From: Deltaproteobacteria bacterium Ga0077539
GTDB taxonomy: Bacteria; Myxococcota_A; Polyangia; Polyangiales; Ga0077539
DNA: 64,000 nucleotides
NCBI GenBank assembly: GCA_001465015.1
Contig: LNEO01000143.1
Coordinates: 62,864 to 126,863, forward strand
Direction of reading: 5' to 3'
Position numbers and translations under genes: made by a program. Below the pieces are notes generated by a model that saw nothing but the letters and a program-made list of their open reading frames with translations, was not told the DNA's origin and ran no database searches. Position 1 is the stretch's first letter, and each line of letters begins with the position of its first letter. This document shows, piece after piece, positions 1 to 8,226 of the stretch.

Positions 1-1750
1 GCCGGGCCGCGAGCGCGATCTCGTCGCGACGCTGCGCCGACGAGCGGACGTCGAGCTCGACGTGACCGAGAAGAAGCGCATGCTGCGCGAGGCTTCGAGC
101 GTGGCAGAGACGAAGCTGTCGTCGGTCGACGCTGCGGCGGACGTGATGAAGTCTCTGCTCGACGTCGACGACTCGGACGTCGAAGCCCTCGAGCAGCTCG
201 CCCGCCTGCGCTCGCTGCAGGGAAACCACGAGGAGGTCGCAGATCTCCTCGGGCGTCGCGCGCGGCTCGTCGACGATCCGACGCTCGCGGTCTCGCTGCG
301 GAGGCAAGTCGCCGAGCTCTACGCGGGTCCGATCAACGATCCGAAGCGAGCGATCGCGTCCTATCGCGAGATGCTCGAGTTCGACCCGTCCGACGCCGCG
401 GCGCGCGAGGCGGTCGAGAACCTGCTCGAGCGCACCGGACAGCTCAAGGATCTCGAAGAGGCCCTTCGTTCGCGCGTGGACAACGCGCTGACGGCGGACG
501 AACGCAACGCGACGCGGGTGCGCCTCGCGAGGCTCGCCGAGCAACACTTCAAGCAGACCGATCGAGCGATCGAGTATCTGCGCGAGGTGATCGAAGAGTC
601 TCCGACGCACGTCGCTGCAGGACAGGAGCTCGAGCGGCTCTACACCGCGTCGAAGCGCTGGAGCCAGCTGTCGGAGCTGCTCGAGCGTCGCGCGCAGGAC
701 TGCGCCGACGTCGGCGACTCTGCGGGTGAGCTCATGGCGCTCGTGCGTATCGGCGAGCTGTACGAGCGCGAGCTCAATCAGCGCGCGAAGGCGGTCGAGC
801 TGTACGAGCGCGTCCTCGAGCGTGAGCCGAATCACGCCGGGGCGCTGTCGGCGGTGGCGCGTCTCGCTGAGGCGGACTCGCAGTGGGAGCGCGCGGCCGA
901 GATGCTCGATCGCGTGCTTCTCTTGACCCAGCCGGGCGCCGATGGCGCGGCGGCGGCGCTTCGCCTCGCGGCGATCCGAAGCGAGAAGCTCAAGGACGAC
1001 GCGAAGGGCGAGGGGGCTTTGCGCCGCGCGCTCGAGCTCGACCGCGCCAATCGCACAGCGCTCGACAAGCTCAAGGCGCTCGCTCAGAAGCGAAACGACT
1101 CGACCATGCTCGCGGAGATCCTCGAGCACGACGTGTCGGTCGCGACCGAGTCTGCGAAGAAGGTCTCGCTCCACCGCGAGCTGGCCGTGGTCTATCGCGA
1201 CAAGCTCTCGGATCCGGGCCGCGCTGCTTCGCACTTCGAGCAGGCGCGCGCGCTGGCACCAGAGGACAAGGACCTCTTGCTTCCGCTCGTCGACGTGTAT
1301 ATCGCGGCGGGCCGCCAACGCGACGCGCTCCCCGTGATCGAGGCGATCATCGCCTCGTTCGGAACGCGCAGGAGCAAGGACCTCGCGACCTGGCACCACC
1401 GGCTGGGTCAGGCGCAAGAAGCGCTCGGCGACAACGCGGCGGCGCTCACGCAGTACGACGCGGCGTTCAAGATCGACCTGACCAACGTGTCGATTCTGCG
1501 CGACCTCGGGCTGCTTTGTTACAAGACGGGCGACCTCGAGCGCGCGCAGAAGACCTTCCGCGCGCTGCTCTTGCAGAAGCTCGACCCCAACGCCGGCATC
1601 ACGAAGGCGGACGTGTACTTCTACTTGGGAGACACGCTTCGTCAGCAGAACGACAACCCGAAGGCGATCGGCATGCTCGAGCGCGCGATCGAGGCCGAGA
1701 AGGGTCACCCGCGCGCGACCGAGCTCCTTGCGAAGCTGAAGGGCGGTTGA
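1..1750 (+). CDS. TPR-repeat protein; the 5' end lies outside the window
   Basis: ORF 62..1750 stays open in the same frame back to nt 2, so the N-terminus is upstream. It has repeated ~34-aa helical units such as AIASYREMLEFDPSD, AVELYERVLEREPNH, AASHFEQARALAPED and ALTQYDAAFKIDLTN. Confidence 0.7.
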   Translation, partial: PGRERDLVATLRRRADVELDVTEKKRMLREASSVAETKLSSVDAAADVMKSLLDVDDSDVEALEQLARLRSLQGNHEEVADLLGRRARLVDDPTLAVSLRRQVAELYAGPINDPKRAIASYREMLEFDPSDAAAREAVENLLERTGQLKDLEEALRSRVDNALTADERNATRVRLARLAEQHFKQTDRAIEYLREVIEESPTHVAAGQELERLYTASKRWSQLSELLERRAQDCADVGDSAGELMALVRIGELYERELNQRAKAVELYERVLEREPNHAGALSAVARLAEADSQWERAAEMLDRVLLLTQPGADGAAAALRLAAIRSEKLKDDAKGEGALRRALELDRANRTALDKLKALAQKRNDSTMLAEILEHDVSVATESAKKVSLHRELAVVYRDKLSDPGRAASHFEQARALAPEDKDLLLPLVDVYIAAGRQRDALPVIEAIIASFGTRRSKDLATWHHRLGQAQEALGDNAAALTQYDAAFKIDLTNVSILRDLGLLCYKTGDLERAQKTFRALLLQKLDPNAGITKADVYFYLGDTLRQQNDNPKAIGMLERAIEAEKGHPRATELLAKLKGG

Positions 1751-1784
1751 GCGGCGGACGTACGTTCGCGGCTCCCGACAGACG

Positions 1785-2645
1785 ATGCGCGATGTCGTGT
1801 TGATCGACGGAGCGGAGGTGGCTCCCGAGAGCGCGACGATCGCGCTGCGCGATCGATCGGTCCTGCACGGCGACAGCGTCTTCGAGGTGCTGCGCGCGTA
1901 CAACGGCCGTGTGTTCGCGGTCGAAGAGCACCTCGGCAGACTGCAGCGCTCGGCTCGAATTGTGGGGCGTGTATTTCCCTGCAGCGTTGGAAAGCTCGCG
2001 GGCGAGGTGCAGCGCGCCGTGCGCGAGTCTGGGCTACTCGACGCTCACGTCCGAGTCATGCTCACCCGCGGCGTCGGCTCTGACGGGCTGTCGCTCGAGG
2101 GCGTGCGCGGCGGCGTTCGCGTGGTGTGGGTGAGGGCGCTGCCCGCGCTCGACGCCGCGCGATACGGACAGGGGTTTGCGGCCTGTACGATCGAGTGCGG
2201 TTTCGATGGCGTCGCCGCGGAGCTCGCGCGCGCCAAGACCGGCAACTACCTCCCTCGTGTCGTAGCGCTCGATCGCGCGCGCGCTTCGGGCTTCGACGAC
2301 GCGCTGCTTCGCGATCGCGACGGAAGGATCTGGGAGGCCAGCGCCTCCAACCTCTTCATCGTGCTGCGCGGCGAGCTTCGAACACCGCCGACCTCGGGTC
2401 CGCTGCTCGACGGCGTGACTCGGCAGGCAGTGATCGACCTCGCGCGACACAACGCCATCTCGGTGCGCGAGGTCGAGGTGACTCACGACGATGTGTTCGC
2501 CGCGGACGAGGTGTTTCTCACGTCCACGATTCGTCAACTCGCGCCGGTCGTCCGCGTCGACGAGCACGAGGTTGGAACCGGGGTTCCCGGACCGATCTGG
2601 CGCAGGCTCAACGACGCGTTCTGTCGACTCGTTGGCGCGAGGTAG
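1785..2645 (+). CDS. Class IV (fold type IV) PLP aminotransferase: branched-chain/D-amino-acid aminotransferase or aminodeoxychorismate-lyase family
   Basis: 286 aa. The N-terminal RDRSVLHGDSVFEVLRAYNGRVFAVEEHLGRLQRSA and the C-terminal EASASNLFIV...LTSTIRQLAPV layout is typical of IlvE/PabC/Dat-like enzymes. Confidence 0.8.
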   Translation: MRDVVLIDGAEVAPESATIALRDRSVLHGDSVFEVLRAYNGRVFAVEEHLGRLQRSARIVGRVFPCSVGKLAGEVQRAVRESGLLDAHVRVMLTRGVGSDGLSLEGVRGGVRVVWVRALPALDAARYGQGFAACTIECGFDGVAAELARAKTGNYLPRVVALDRARASGFDDALLRDRDGRIWEASASNLFIVLRGELRTPPTSGPLLDGVTRQAVIDLARHNAISVREVEVTHDDVFAADEVFLTSTIRQLAPVVRVDEHEVGTGVPGPIWRRLNDAFCRLVGAR

Positions 2646-2711
2646 CTGGACCGCCACGCGGCGAACGCGCGAGGCGTCGAGGGCAGAGCAGGGCAGAAAA
2701 AATGACCCGGG

Positions 2712-3524
2712 TCAGCTTTGCAATACGGGAAGTCGAAGCAGCTCGTTGTGGCTGCCTTGTCGATACCCGTCGAGGTCGAGGGTCACGTACTGAAAGCCAG
2801 CGGCGCGGACAGCCGCAGACAGCTCTCGACGCATTTCGAACGCGCGACTGAGCTCCGCCTCAGCGATCTCGATTCGGGCGACCGCGTCGTGGAAACGAAC
2901 GCGCAGTTGTCGAAATCCGAGCTGTCGAATCGCTCGCTCTGCGCTTCCGATCTTGTTCAGTCGTTCGCGGGTCACGGCGGTGCCGTACGGAATGCGAGAG
3001 GAGAGGCAGGCCGACGCTGGCTTGTCCCAGAGCTCGAGCCCGATCGCTTGCGCGGTGTCTCGAACGTCCTGCTTGGACATCGCGAGCTCGACCATCGGTG
3101 AGCGGACGGCAGCTTCCTTCGCAGCCTCGAGGCCAGGTCGGTGATCGCCCAGGTCGTCCTGATTGGTTCCGTTGGCGATCACCTTGAAGTCATTGGCTTT
3201 CGCGACGCGAGCGGCGATCGCGTACAGCTCTGACTTGCAGAAGTAACAGCGGTTGACGGAATTCTCGGCGTATCGCGGGTCGTCGACCTCGGCCGACGAC
3301 TCGAAGAAGTGTCTCGCGCCAAGGCGGCGGCCGACTGTCTCTGCGAGCGCACGTTCTTCGTCGAGCAACGACGGCGAGACGGCGGTGAGGGCGGCGGCAC
3401 GATCGCCGAGCTGTTCGACGGCGACCGCTAGGACGAGGGCGCTGTCGACGCCCCCAGAGAAACACACGAGAACGGAACCGTAGTCGTGCAGCCGGGCGCG
3501 CAAGTCGGCGATCCGATTTGCCAT
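2712..3524 (-). CDS. PP-loop ATP pyrophosphatase, LarE-like (COG1606 family)
   Basis: SGGVDS PP-loop (VLVCFSGGVDSALV), the RCYFCKSELY motif and ASACLSSRIPYG. I chose the start at ATG 3524 (MANRIADL...) rather than the track start at 3605. Confidence 0.75.
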   Translation of the reverse strand: MANRIADLRARLHDYGSVLVCFSGGVDSALVLAVAVEQLGDRAAALTAVSPSLLDEERALAETVGRRLGARHFFESSAEVDDPRYAENSVNRCYFCKSELYAIAARVAKANDFKVIANGTNQDDLGDHRPGLEAAKEAAVRSPMVELAMSKQDVRDTAQAIGLELWDKPASACLSSRIPYGTAVTRERLNKIGSAERAIRQLGFRQLRVRFHDAVARIEIAEAELSRAFEMRRELSAAVRAAGFQYVTLDLDGYRQGSHNELLRLPVLQS

Positions 3525-3640
3525 AGGAGATCGAGGGTATAGCACCAGCGATCTGGGACGGCAGGTTTCGGGCGAACACGGCCATCGAGGAGGGAAGGAC
3601 CGCAACGAAACGGGTCGTCAAGTTGACGTGGAACGTGAAT

Positions 3641-3700
3641 CTGTAAACTAGACTATGAATAATAAATCAGACATATGTCATTTATGTTAATGCTGCGACG
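3641..3700. promoter_or_regulatory. AT-rich pocket 1, containing the perfect 10-bp palindrome GACATATGTC (3670-3679) flanked by ATAAAT/ATTTAT
   Basis: Read directly. It is a sharp local AT-rich stretch in GC-rich DNA, 117 bp upstream of the larE-like start on the minus strand. Confidence 0.3.
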
Positions 3701-4117
3701 CAGCAATGGCTTCCACAGGCCGTTGGGTGCTTCGGAGCTGGGGAGCGGCGTTGACCACAGGAGTCGGGCGGGATTTCTGGGGAAACGAGGGACGCTCGAC
3801 GCAGTCCACAGAGCCCGCGGAGCTCGAGGGAGCCGTCGGCGCGCCGCGGAGAGTTCAGGCGGGGATTCGCAGGCCGAGCGATCGAGTCGAGCGCGATCTC
3901 GTCGAGGTTGAATGCGATTTGCCGCTGTCACGCCGGTCCGGAGCCTCGAGTAGCTCGAGCGCTCGTCGCATCGGACTGGTGGGAATCAGCCAGTTGTCGG
4001 CGCCAGGCGCGTTTGCCGCTCGTCGCAGAGCTGGCTGGCCTTCGCCGCCATCCACAGAATTCTGTCCACTGAGCCTCGCGCTGATCGGCGCGATCCCAAC
4101 AGGCACCTGGATTCCGT

Positions 4118-4155
4118 TTGATCTACATAATACATATTATGCGAAGTGATAATGC
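4118..4155. promoter_or_regulatory. AT-rich pocket 2, with the near-palindrome CATAATACATATTATG (4126-4141). It shares TAATGCTG with pocket 1.
   Basis: Read directly. No gene start lies nearby. Confidence 0.25.
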
Positions 4156-4380
4156 TGGGGGTGCACGGGGGGCGTGGCCGTCGCGCCCGACGGTTTCGGT
4201 CCTGCCCCCGGGTTCCCGCCGACAGGACGCTGGCACCGAGCCGAGCCCCTGCCGTTCGTTCTGTCACTCGTTTCCGAGCACGCTGCCGATCCCAGTGTCG
4301 AACCAATCCCAGCCCCGACGCGACCGCAGCGCCGGCGTGACCCCAAAGGGGTTTCGGAATCCAGTCCTCGATTCGGGGCG

Positions 4381-4428
4381 CCCCAAACCCCAAGGCCCAC
4401 CCCAAGGCCCACCCCAAACCCCGCCCGT
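4381..4428. repeat. Tandem CCCCAA-type repeat: ccccaaa / ccccaaggccca x2 / ccccaaa / ccccgccc
   Basis: Read directly, in the non-coding island. Confidence 0.7.
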
Positions 4429-4566
4429 CTCGAGCTGGCGCGGATCAACGGGCTTGCGACCTTGTTCTCGGGTCGAGCGATCGCCGTCGGTCGGTCGCAT
4501 CACACCGTTTGGACTCCGAGCCAGGCGCTTACCCCCACGACTCCCGCAGTTGAGACGCCCTTGCCT

Positions 4567-4616
4567 TCATCGCGGGAGTCATCGCGGGTGTCATCACGGG
4601 TGTCATCACGGTGTCT
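4567..4616. repeat. About four tandem copies of a 12-mer, gtcatc(g/a)cggg(a/t)
   Basis: Read directly, in the non-coding island. Confidence 0.7.
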
Positions 4617-4797
4617 CAGAGCGAGCGGCCTTCGCCCAACCGCCCACCGCCCCTCATGGACAGAATTCTGTCACCACCGTGCCGGCGACGCCCATCGACA
4701 GCGAGCGGGGTTGTCCGCGACCTCGAGCATGGCTGCGAGTCGACGTAAGTCCGCCTGCTTTCGACGCGAATTGTTGCCCGACGATCGCCGCGAACTC

Positions 4798-5970
4798 TCA
4801 GCGCTCGAGGTCGAGCGCGTAGAGCACGTCGCCGTTCGAATGCACGAACAGCCGCGAATCCGCGGTCAACAACGCTGGAGCTGCGATCCCGCGGCCGGGC
4901 CGCAGCCCATCCAGCACCGTGCCATCTTCGCTTCGAACCACCCACAATCCGCGGTCAACAGAACTCACGATCATGCGACCCCTGGACACTGGAAGCATGT
5001 TCACCACGGCGCCCGCGTCGATCGACCGCGCCCAGATGACTCGTCCGTCGAACGGATCGACCCGAACGAGCCCGGCTTCGAGCGACGACGCAAAGAGCGC
5101 CCGCCCGTCGGTGCCGAGCGCACTGACCCCGGTCAGTCGTGCGTTGGTCCAGCGACGCGCGCCGCCGACCTTGTCGAGCGCGAGCAGCCCCACTGCCTGC
5201 GATGCCACGAACACCGTGTCGCGAATGACGACGGGCGTCGTGTCGATGTCGATCGCCTGGTGGCCCTCGTTCTGTCCATCGGCTGACTCGAACTCCGCAG
5301 CGGTGTCCTGCTCCCAGATGAGCGAGCCATCTGATGGGTCGAGGCAAACAACGTTTCCGTCGGCGAATCCTGTGAAGATTCGGTTGTCGTCGACCAGGAG
5401 TCCCGCGTGGCCAGTCGACGAAATTCCGCCTGGCGGTGAGCGCCGATAGGTCCACGCGCGTCGCCCGTCGCTCGCGTTGAGCGCGACGACCGCGTCTGCG
5501 CCAGTCACCACCACCACGACGGGACCGAATCGAACCGCAGCGTGAACCACCTCGGCGCCGACGACCGTTCGCCAACGGAGCCGCCCAGTCGCTGAGTCGA
5601 CAGAATAGACCGCGCCGTCTCCCGCGCCGAAGATCGTCGAGTCCTCGGTCATGATCGGCGTCGAGTCGATCCTCGCGAGCGCCTCGAATCGCCACAGCAG
5701 AGCGCCGTCCTCTGAGCGGATCGCGCGCAACCCGCGATCGACGCTGCCGACGATGATCCGATCACCCGCGTGATCGAACGCGACGCCGCCGCGAACGATG
5801 GGCGCCCAATCGAGCGCGGACGGCTCGACCAACGGCCGCTGCCATCGCAGCGAAAGCTCCGTCGTCCGAGGCGATCGCAGCGATCGGTCTCCTAGTTGAA
5901 TTCTGGCACACGAAACCAAGGAGAGTGTCAGCGCGACGAGCGCCGCGCCGCGCCGCTGGCGAACGGTCAC
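4798..5970 (-). CDS. bamB: BamB-like PQQ-type beta-propeller outer-membrane lipoprotein
   Basis: Repeated blades with G..Y..D..tG...W patterns (RAIRSEDGALLWRF, YSVDSATGRLRWRT, VALNASDGRRAWTY, VCLDPSDGSLIWEQ, WVVRSEDGTVL). Lipoprotein signal ALVALTLSLVSC. The GTG start at 5970 overlaps the upstream TGA stop (GTGA). Confidence 0.75.
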   Translation of the reverse strand: MTVRQRRGAALVALTLSLVSCARIQLGDRSLRSPRTTELSLRWQRPLVEPSALDWAPIVRGGVAFDHAGDRIIVGSVDRGLRAIRSEDGALLWRFEALARIDSTPIMTEDSTIFGAGDGAVYSVDSATGRLRWRTVVGAEVVHAAVRFGPVVVVVTGADAVVALNASDGRRAWTYRRSPPGGISSTGHAGLLVDDNRIFTGFADGNVVCLDPSDGSLIWEQDTAAEFESADGQNEGHQAIDIDTTPVVIRDTVFVASQAVGLLALDKVGGARRWTNARLTGVSALGTDGRALFASSLEAGLVRVDPFDGRVIWARSIDAGAVVNMLPVSRGRMIVSSVDRGLWVVRSEDGTVLDGLRPGRGIAAPALLTADSRLFVHSNGDVLYALDLER

Positions 5971-7142
5971 GGTGCGCCGCCCTGCCCCGGCCTGCGGATT
6001 TGCACGTTGCCGCCGAGCTGGCGCTGGAGCCGACGAATGAGCTCGTCGGTGTCCCCGGCGCCAGCGGGCTCGCGCCGACCGAGCGGATCTGCTGGGTCGA
6101 TCTCGTGCAAGAGCGCCTTCGCCTGCTCGACGATCGAACGCGAGCTGTTGGTCGCGTTTTCTTCGGGGCGCGCGCGCTCGATTCGTTCGATCAAACGACG
6201 GAGCACGTCCTTCGCGCGATCGTTGTTGTTCTGCCGGCGAAGCACGCGGGCCTGGTGGTACGCGCTCAGATCGCGCCAGCCGTCGCCTTCGAGCCGACCC
6301 AGCTCTTCGAAGCGCCTCAGCGCGCCGGGCAGGTCGTTGAGCGATTCGAGGCAATACGCCAGCACCTCGAGCGCGCGACCTTCGAGCCCCGCGAGGTCAG
6401 AGCCAACAACGCCCTCGATCGCGGTCTTTGCCTCTGCGTATCGCCCGAGATCGTACAGGGCGATGCCGCGCTGCAGCCGCGCGAGCGACGTCGTTCCCAA
6501 GTCCGCGGGGCCTTGCGTCGCGCGCTCAGCAGCGGCGAGCGCCGCCGTCGCGCGGGCGCGATGATCGGCGTACGGCTGAATGCGACGCGGCGGCATATTC
6601 GGCGGATCCGGCGGATCCTCCGAGCTTCGCACCGGCGCAAGTGACGCCTCTGCCGCTTCGACGACCTTTAGCGCCGCCGCTCCGCGGGTCGATGCGCGCT
6701 GCTGCAGGCCGTACGCGAGCCCGCCGCCGCCGATCACCAACACCGCAGCCGCAGCGAGCACCGTCGTGCGACGCTCAGAAATCCAGTCGCCGACGCTCTT
6801 TGCCCACGGCGGCACTTCCTCGACGTTGGCCGTCGATTTGCCGGTCACTGTCCGCGGCGGAACCTTCGGACGCACGACCGCCTTGTTGCGGTCGCGCTCC
6901 TTCACTTCGCCTTCGGGCGTCGCCTGCCCGCGCTTGACCTGCTTGGCAAGCTGACGGCGCTCAGCACGATTGCGCGGCTCTTGCGCGACGGATTCGTCGC
7001 CTTCGCCCTCGCCCTCGGATGGCTCGCGCTCGGCGGCGTCCTTCTCGCGCTCTTCGTCCTGCTCGTCGCGCTCGTCTTGCTCGTCGCGCTCGCCATCCGC
7101 GCGGTCTTCGCGCTGCTTGTCCTTGTCGTCGTCCGTGGCCAC
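5967..7142 (-). CDS. YfgM-like single-pass membrane protein with a TPR-like periplasmic domain and an acidic/basic N-terminal tail
   Basis: It has one TM helix (TVLAAAAVLVIGGGGLAYGL) followed by TPR-like helices (LYDLGRYAEAKTAIEGV, EVLAYCLESLNDLPGALRRFEEL). Its position directly upstream of bamB matches the E. coli yfgM-bamB order. The proposed GTG start at 7142 is preceded by AGGAG. Confidence 0.5.
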   Translation of the reverse strand: MATDDDKDKQREDRADGERDEQDERDEQDEEREKDAAEREPSEGEGEGDESVAQEPRNRAERRQLAKQVKRGQATPEGEVKERDRNKAVVRPKVPPRTVTGKSTANVEEVPPWAKSVGDWISERRTTVLAAAAVLVIGGGGLAYGLQQRASTRGAAALKVVEAAEASLAPVRSSEDPPDPPNMPPRRIQPYADHRARATAALAAAERATQGPADLGTTSLARLQRGIALYDLGRYAEAKTAIEGVVGSDLAGLEGRALEVLAYCLESLNDLPGALRRFEELGRLEGDGWRDLSAYHQARVLRRQNNNDRAKDVLRRLIERIERARPEENATNSSRSIVEQAKALLHEIDPADPLGRREPAGAGDTDELIRRLQRQLGGNVQIRRPGQGGAP

Positions 7143-7266
7143 CGCTGCTGTGCTCCTGCCGATTTCCCGTCGAAAGCCGCGGGACTCTACACGCCGCCCG
7201 CGCACCGTCAACCGAAGCGCGCGTCGAGCATCGCTCGACGGTGGTATATCCGCGACATTCCGACCG

Positions 7267-7824
7267 ATGCGAAGCCGTGCTGTTCGACCATTGCTCGCCT
7301 CGCGCCGCTGTTTCGGGGCGTCGATCGCCGTGGTCAGCGCTGTCCTCGTGCTTTCCAGTGAGGCGGCTGCGGGCGCCAGGCAGTGGCATGGCGGACCGGT
7401 CGGCGGCTTTGCGGGGCTCATGGGCACAGACATCGCCCTGGGCGGTTCTGTGTCGGGGCAGATCAACTACGGCATTTCGGACGCGTTTCGGTTCGGAGCC
7501 ACCCTCGATGTCCCGCTCGGCGCGCGGATTTCCACCGGCGTTGTTTCGAGTTGGCCGGGTGTTGCCCTCGGAATCGCGTACTCGCTCGATGTGGGAACGG
7601 TCGTTCCCTGGCTCGCCCTCGAAGCGCGCGCGCACGCGGTGTTCGCGAATGGATCCGCGCCGACCTGGCTCATCGGCGGCGGCGGGCGATTCGGGGTCGA
7701 CTGGCTGCCGCGCCGGTATTTGGGACTGACGTTTCAGGGCACATACTCAGCGTGCTTCTTCGAGGGCGGTCTGGCGCACATGTTCGGCGTGAGTATCGGG
7801 CCGCGCTGGACCCTCGACGTGTGA
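7267..7824 (+). CDS. Small secreted protein, possibly an outer-membrane beta-barrel
   Basis: ATG at 7267 is followed by a signal peptide (MRSRAVRPLLASRRCFGASIAVVSAVLVLSSEAAA). The rest is Gly/aromatic-rich with alternating-pattern segments (GQINYGISDAFRFGATLDV, LGLTFQGTYSACFFEGG). Confidence 0.45.
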   Translation: MRSRAVRPLLASRRCFGASIAVVSAVLVLSSEAAAGARQWHGGPVGGFAGLMGTDIALGGSVSGQINYGISDAFRFGATLDVPLGARISTGVVSSWPGVALGIAYSLDVGTVVPWLALEARAHAVFANGSAPTWLIGGGGRFGVDWLPRRYLGLTFQGTYSACFFEGGLAHMFGVSIGPRWTLDV

Positions 7825-8166
7825 GTCGAATCGAAGCAGCGGCGAAAGGCGTCGGAGCATCGCGGGCCCGACCCCTCGGATCGCGTCGAGGTCCGCGAGC
7901 GAACGAAACGACCCTCCGCGAGCGCGGGCTTCGATGATGCGACGAGCCAGCGCAGGACCGACTCCTGGCAGCGCCTCGAGCTCGCTCTGCGTCGCGTGAT
8001 TGATCGACAGCGTCCGCGGCGGACCGAGGGAGACGGGCGTCCTGTGCTCCGACGAGCGAGCGCTTCGATCGTCGGCGATGCTGGATTTTCTAAGGCGAAA
8101 CGCTGTGACCACGAGCAGCGCTAGCAGCGCGAGCGTCAGCGCCCGGTGGTGTCCCGACGACTTCAT
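7747..8166 (-). CDS. comEA: ComEA-like helix-hairpin-helix DNA-binding protein, membrane anchored
   Basis: N-terminal TM helix, then INHATQSELEALPGVGPALARRIIEAR...SLADLDAIRGVGPAMLRRL, which is two HhH motifs. The 3' end overlaps the convergent gene by 78 bp. Confidence 0.7.
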   Translation of the reverse strand: MKSSGHHRALTLALLALLVVTAFRLRKSSIADDRSARSSEHRTPVSLGPPRTLSINHATQSELEALPGVGPALARRIIEARARGGSFRSLADLDAIRGVGPAMLRRLSPLLRFDSHVEGPARPDTHAEHVRQTALEEAR

Positions 8167-8226
8167 GGGCGCGCTGATCCTGCACAGAGGACCGCTGTTG
8201 CGCGACGGTGGCGGAGCGAGTTGGAT

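Noticed and set aside
883-1803. Long alternative-frame or antisense ORFs overlapping real genes throughout the window. Examples: 883..1803, 9233..10324, 13452..14843, 14625..16214, 21202..22902, 21341..22825, 26731..29148, 29130..30461, 36076..37575, 50011..52149, 50534..52165.
   Set aside because: Their translations are dominated by Arg, Ala, Ser, Pro and Gly and have no motifs. Each overlaps a frame with a clear family signature. Long stop-free stretches in non-coding frames are expected in very GC-rich DNA.
2698-2720. The palindrome TGACCCGGGTCA flanked by A6 and TTT, considered as a bidirectional terminator between the convergent aminotransferase and larE-like genes.
   Set aside because: The usable stem is only about 4 bp once a loop is allowed, and the element overlaps the larE-like stop codon. 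It is too weak to call.
2712-3524. The LarE-like gene considered as a marker of a lactate-racemase (Lar) cofactor operon.
   Set aside because: No larB, larC or larA homologue is nearby. COG1606 PP-loop proteins commonly occur alone, so no pathway claim is justified.
4330-4385. A possible tmRNA or tRNA-like element on the minus strand (GGGGCGCCCCGAATCGAGGACTGGATTCCGAAACCCC and GGTTCGACA nearby).
   Set aside because: There is no acceptor-stem/T-arm pairing, no GGTTCGAATCC-type T-loop with complementary stems and no CCA-proximal end. The resemblance is limited to a few nucleotides.
4798-6354. N-terminally extended versions of several track ORFs: 4798..6354, 5967..7466, 20998..23625, 23921..25813, 28892..31555, 31027..31653, 32418..35057, 35799..37754 and 53304..54695.
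   Set aside because: The extensions overlap the upstream gene or read as low-complexity Arg-rich sequence. Internal ATG or GTG codons give canonical N-termini or signal peptides and often form ATGA or GTGA overlaps with the upstream stop.
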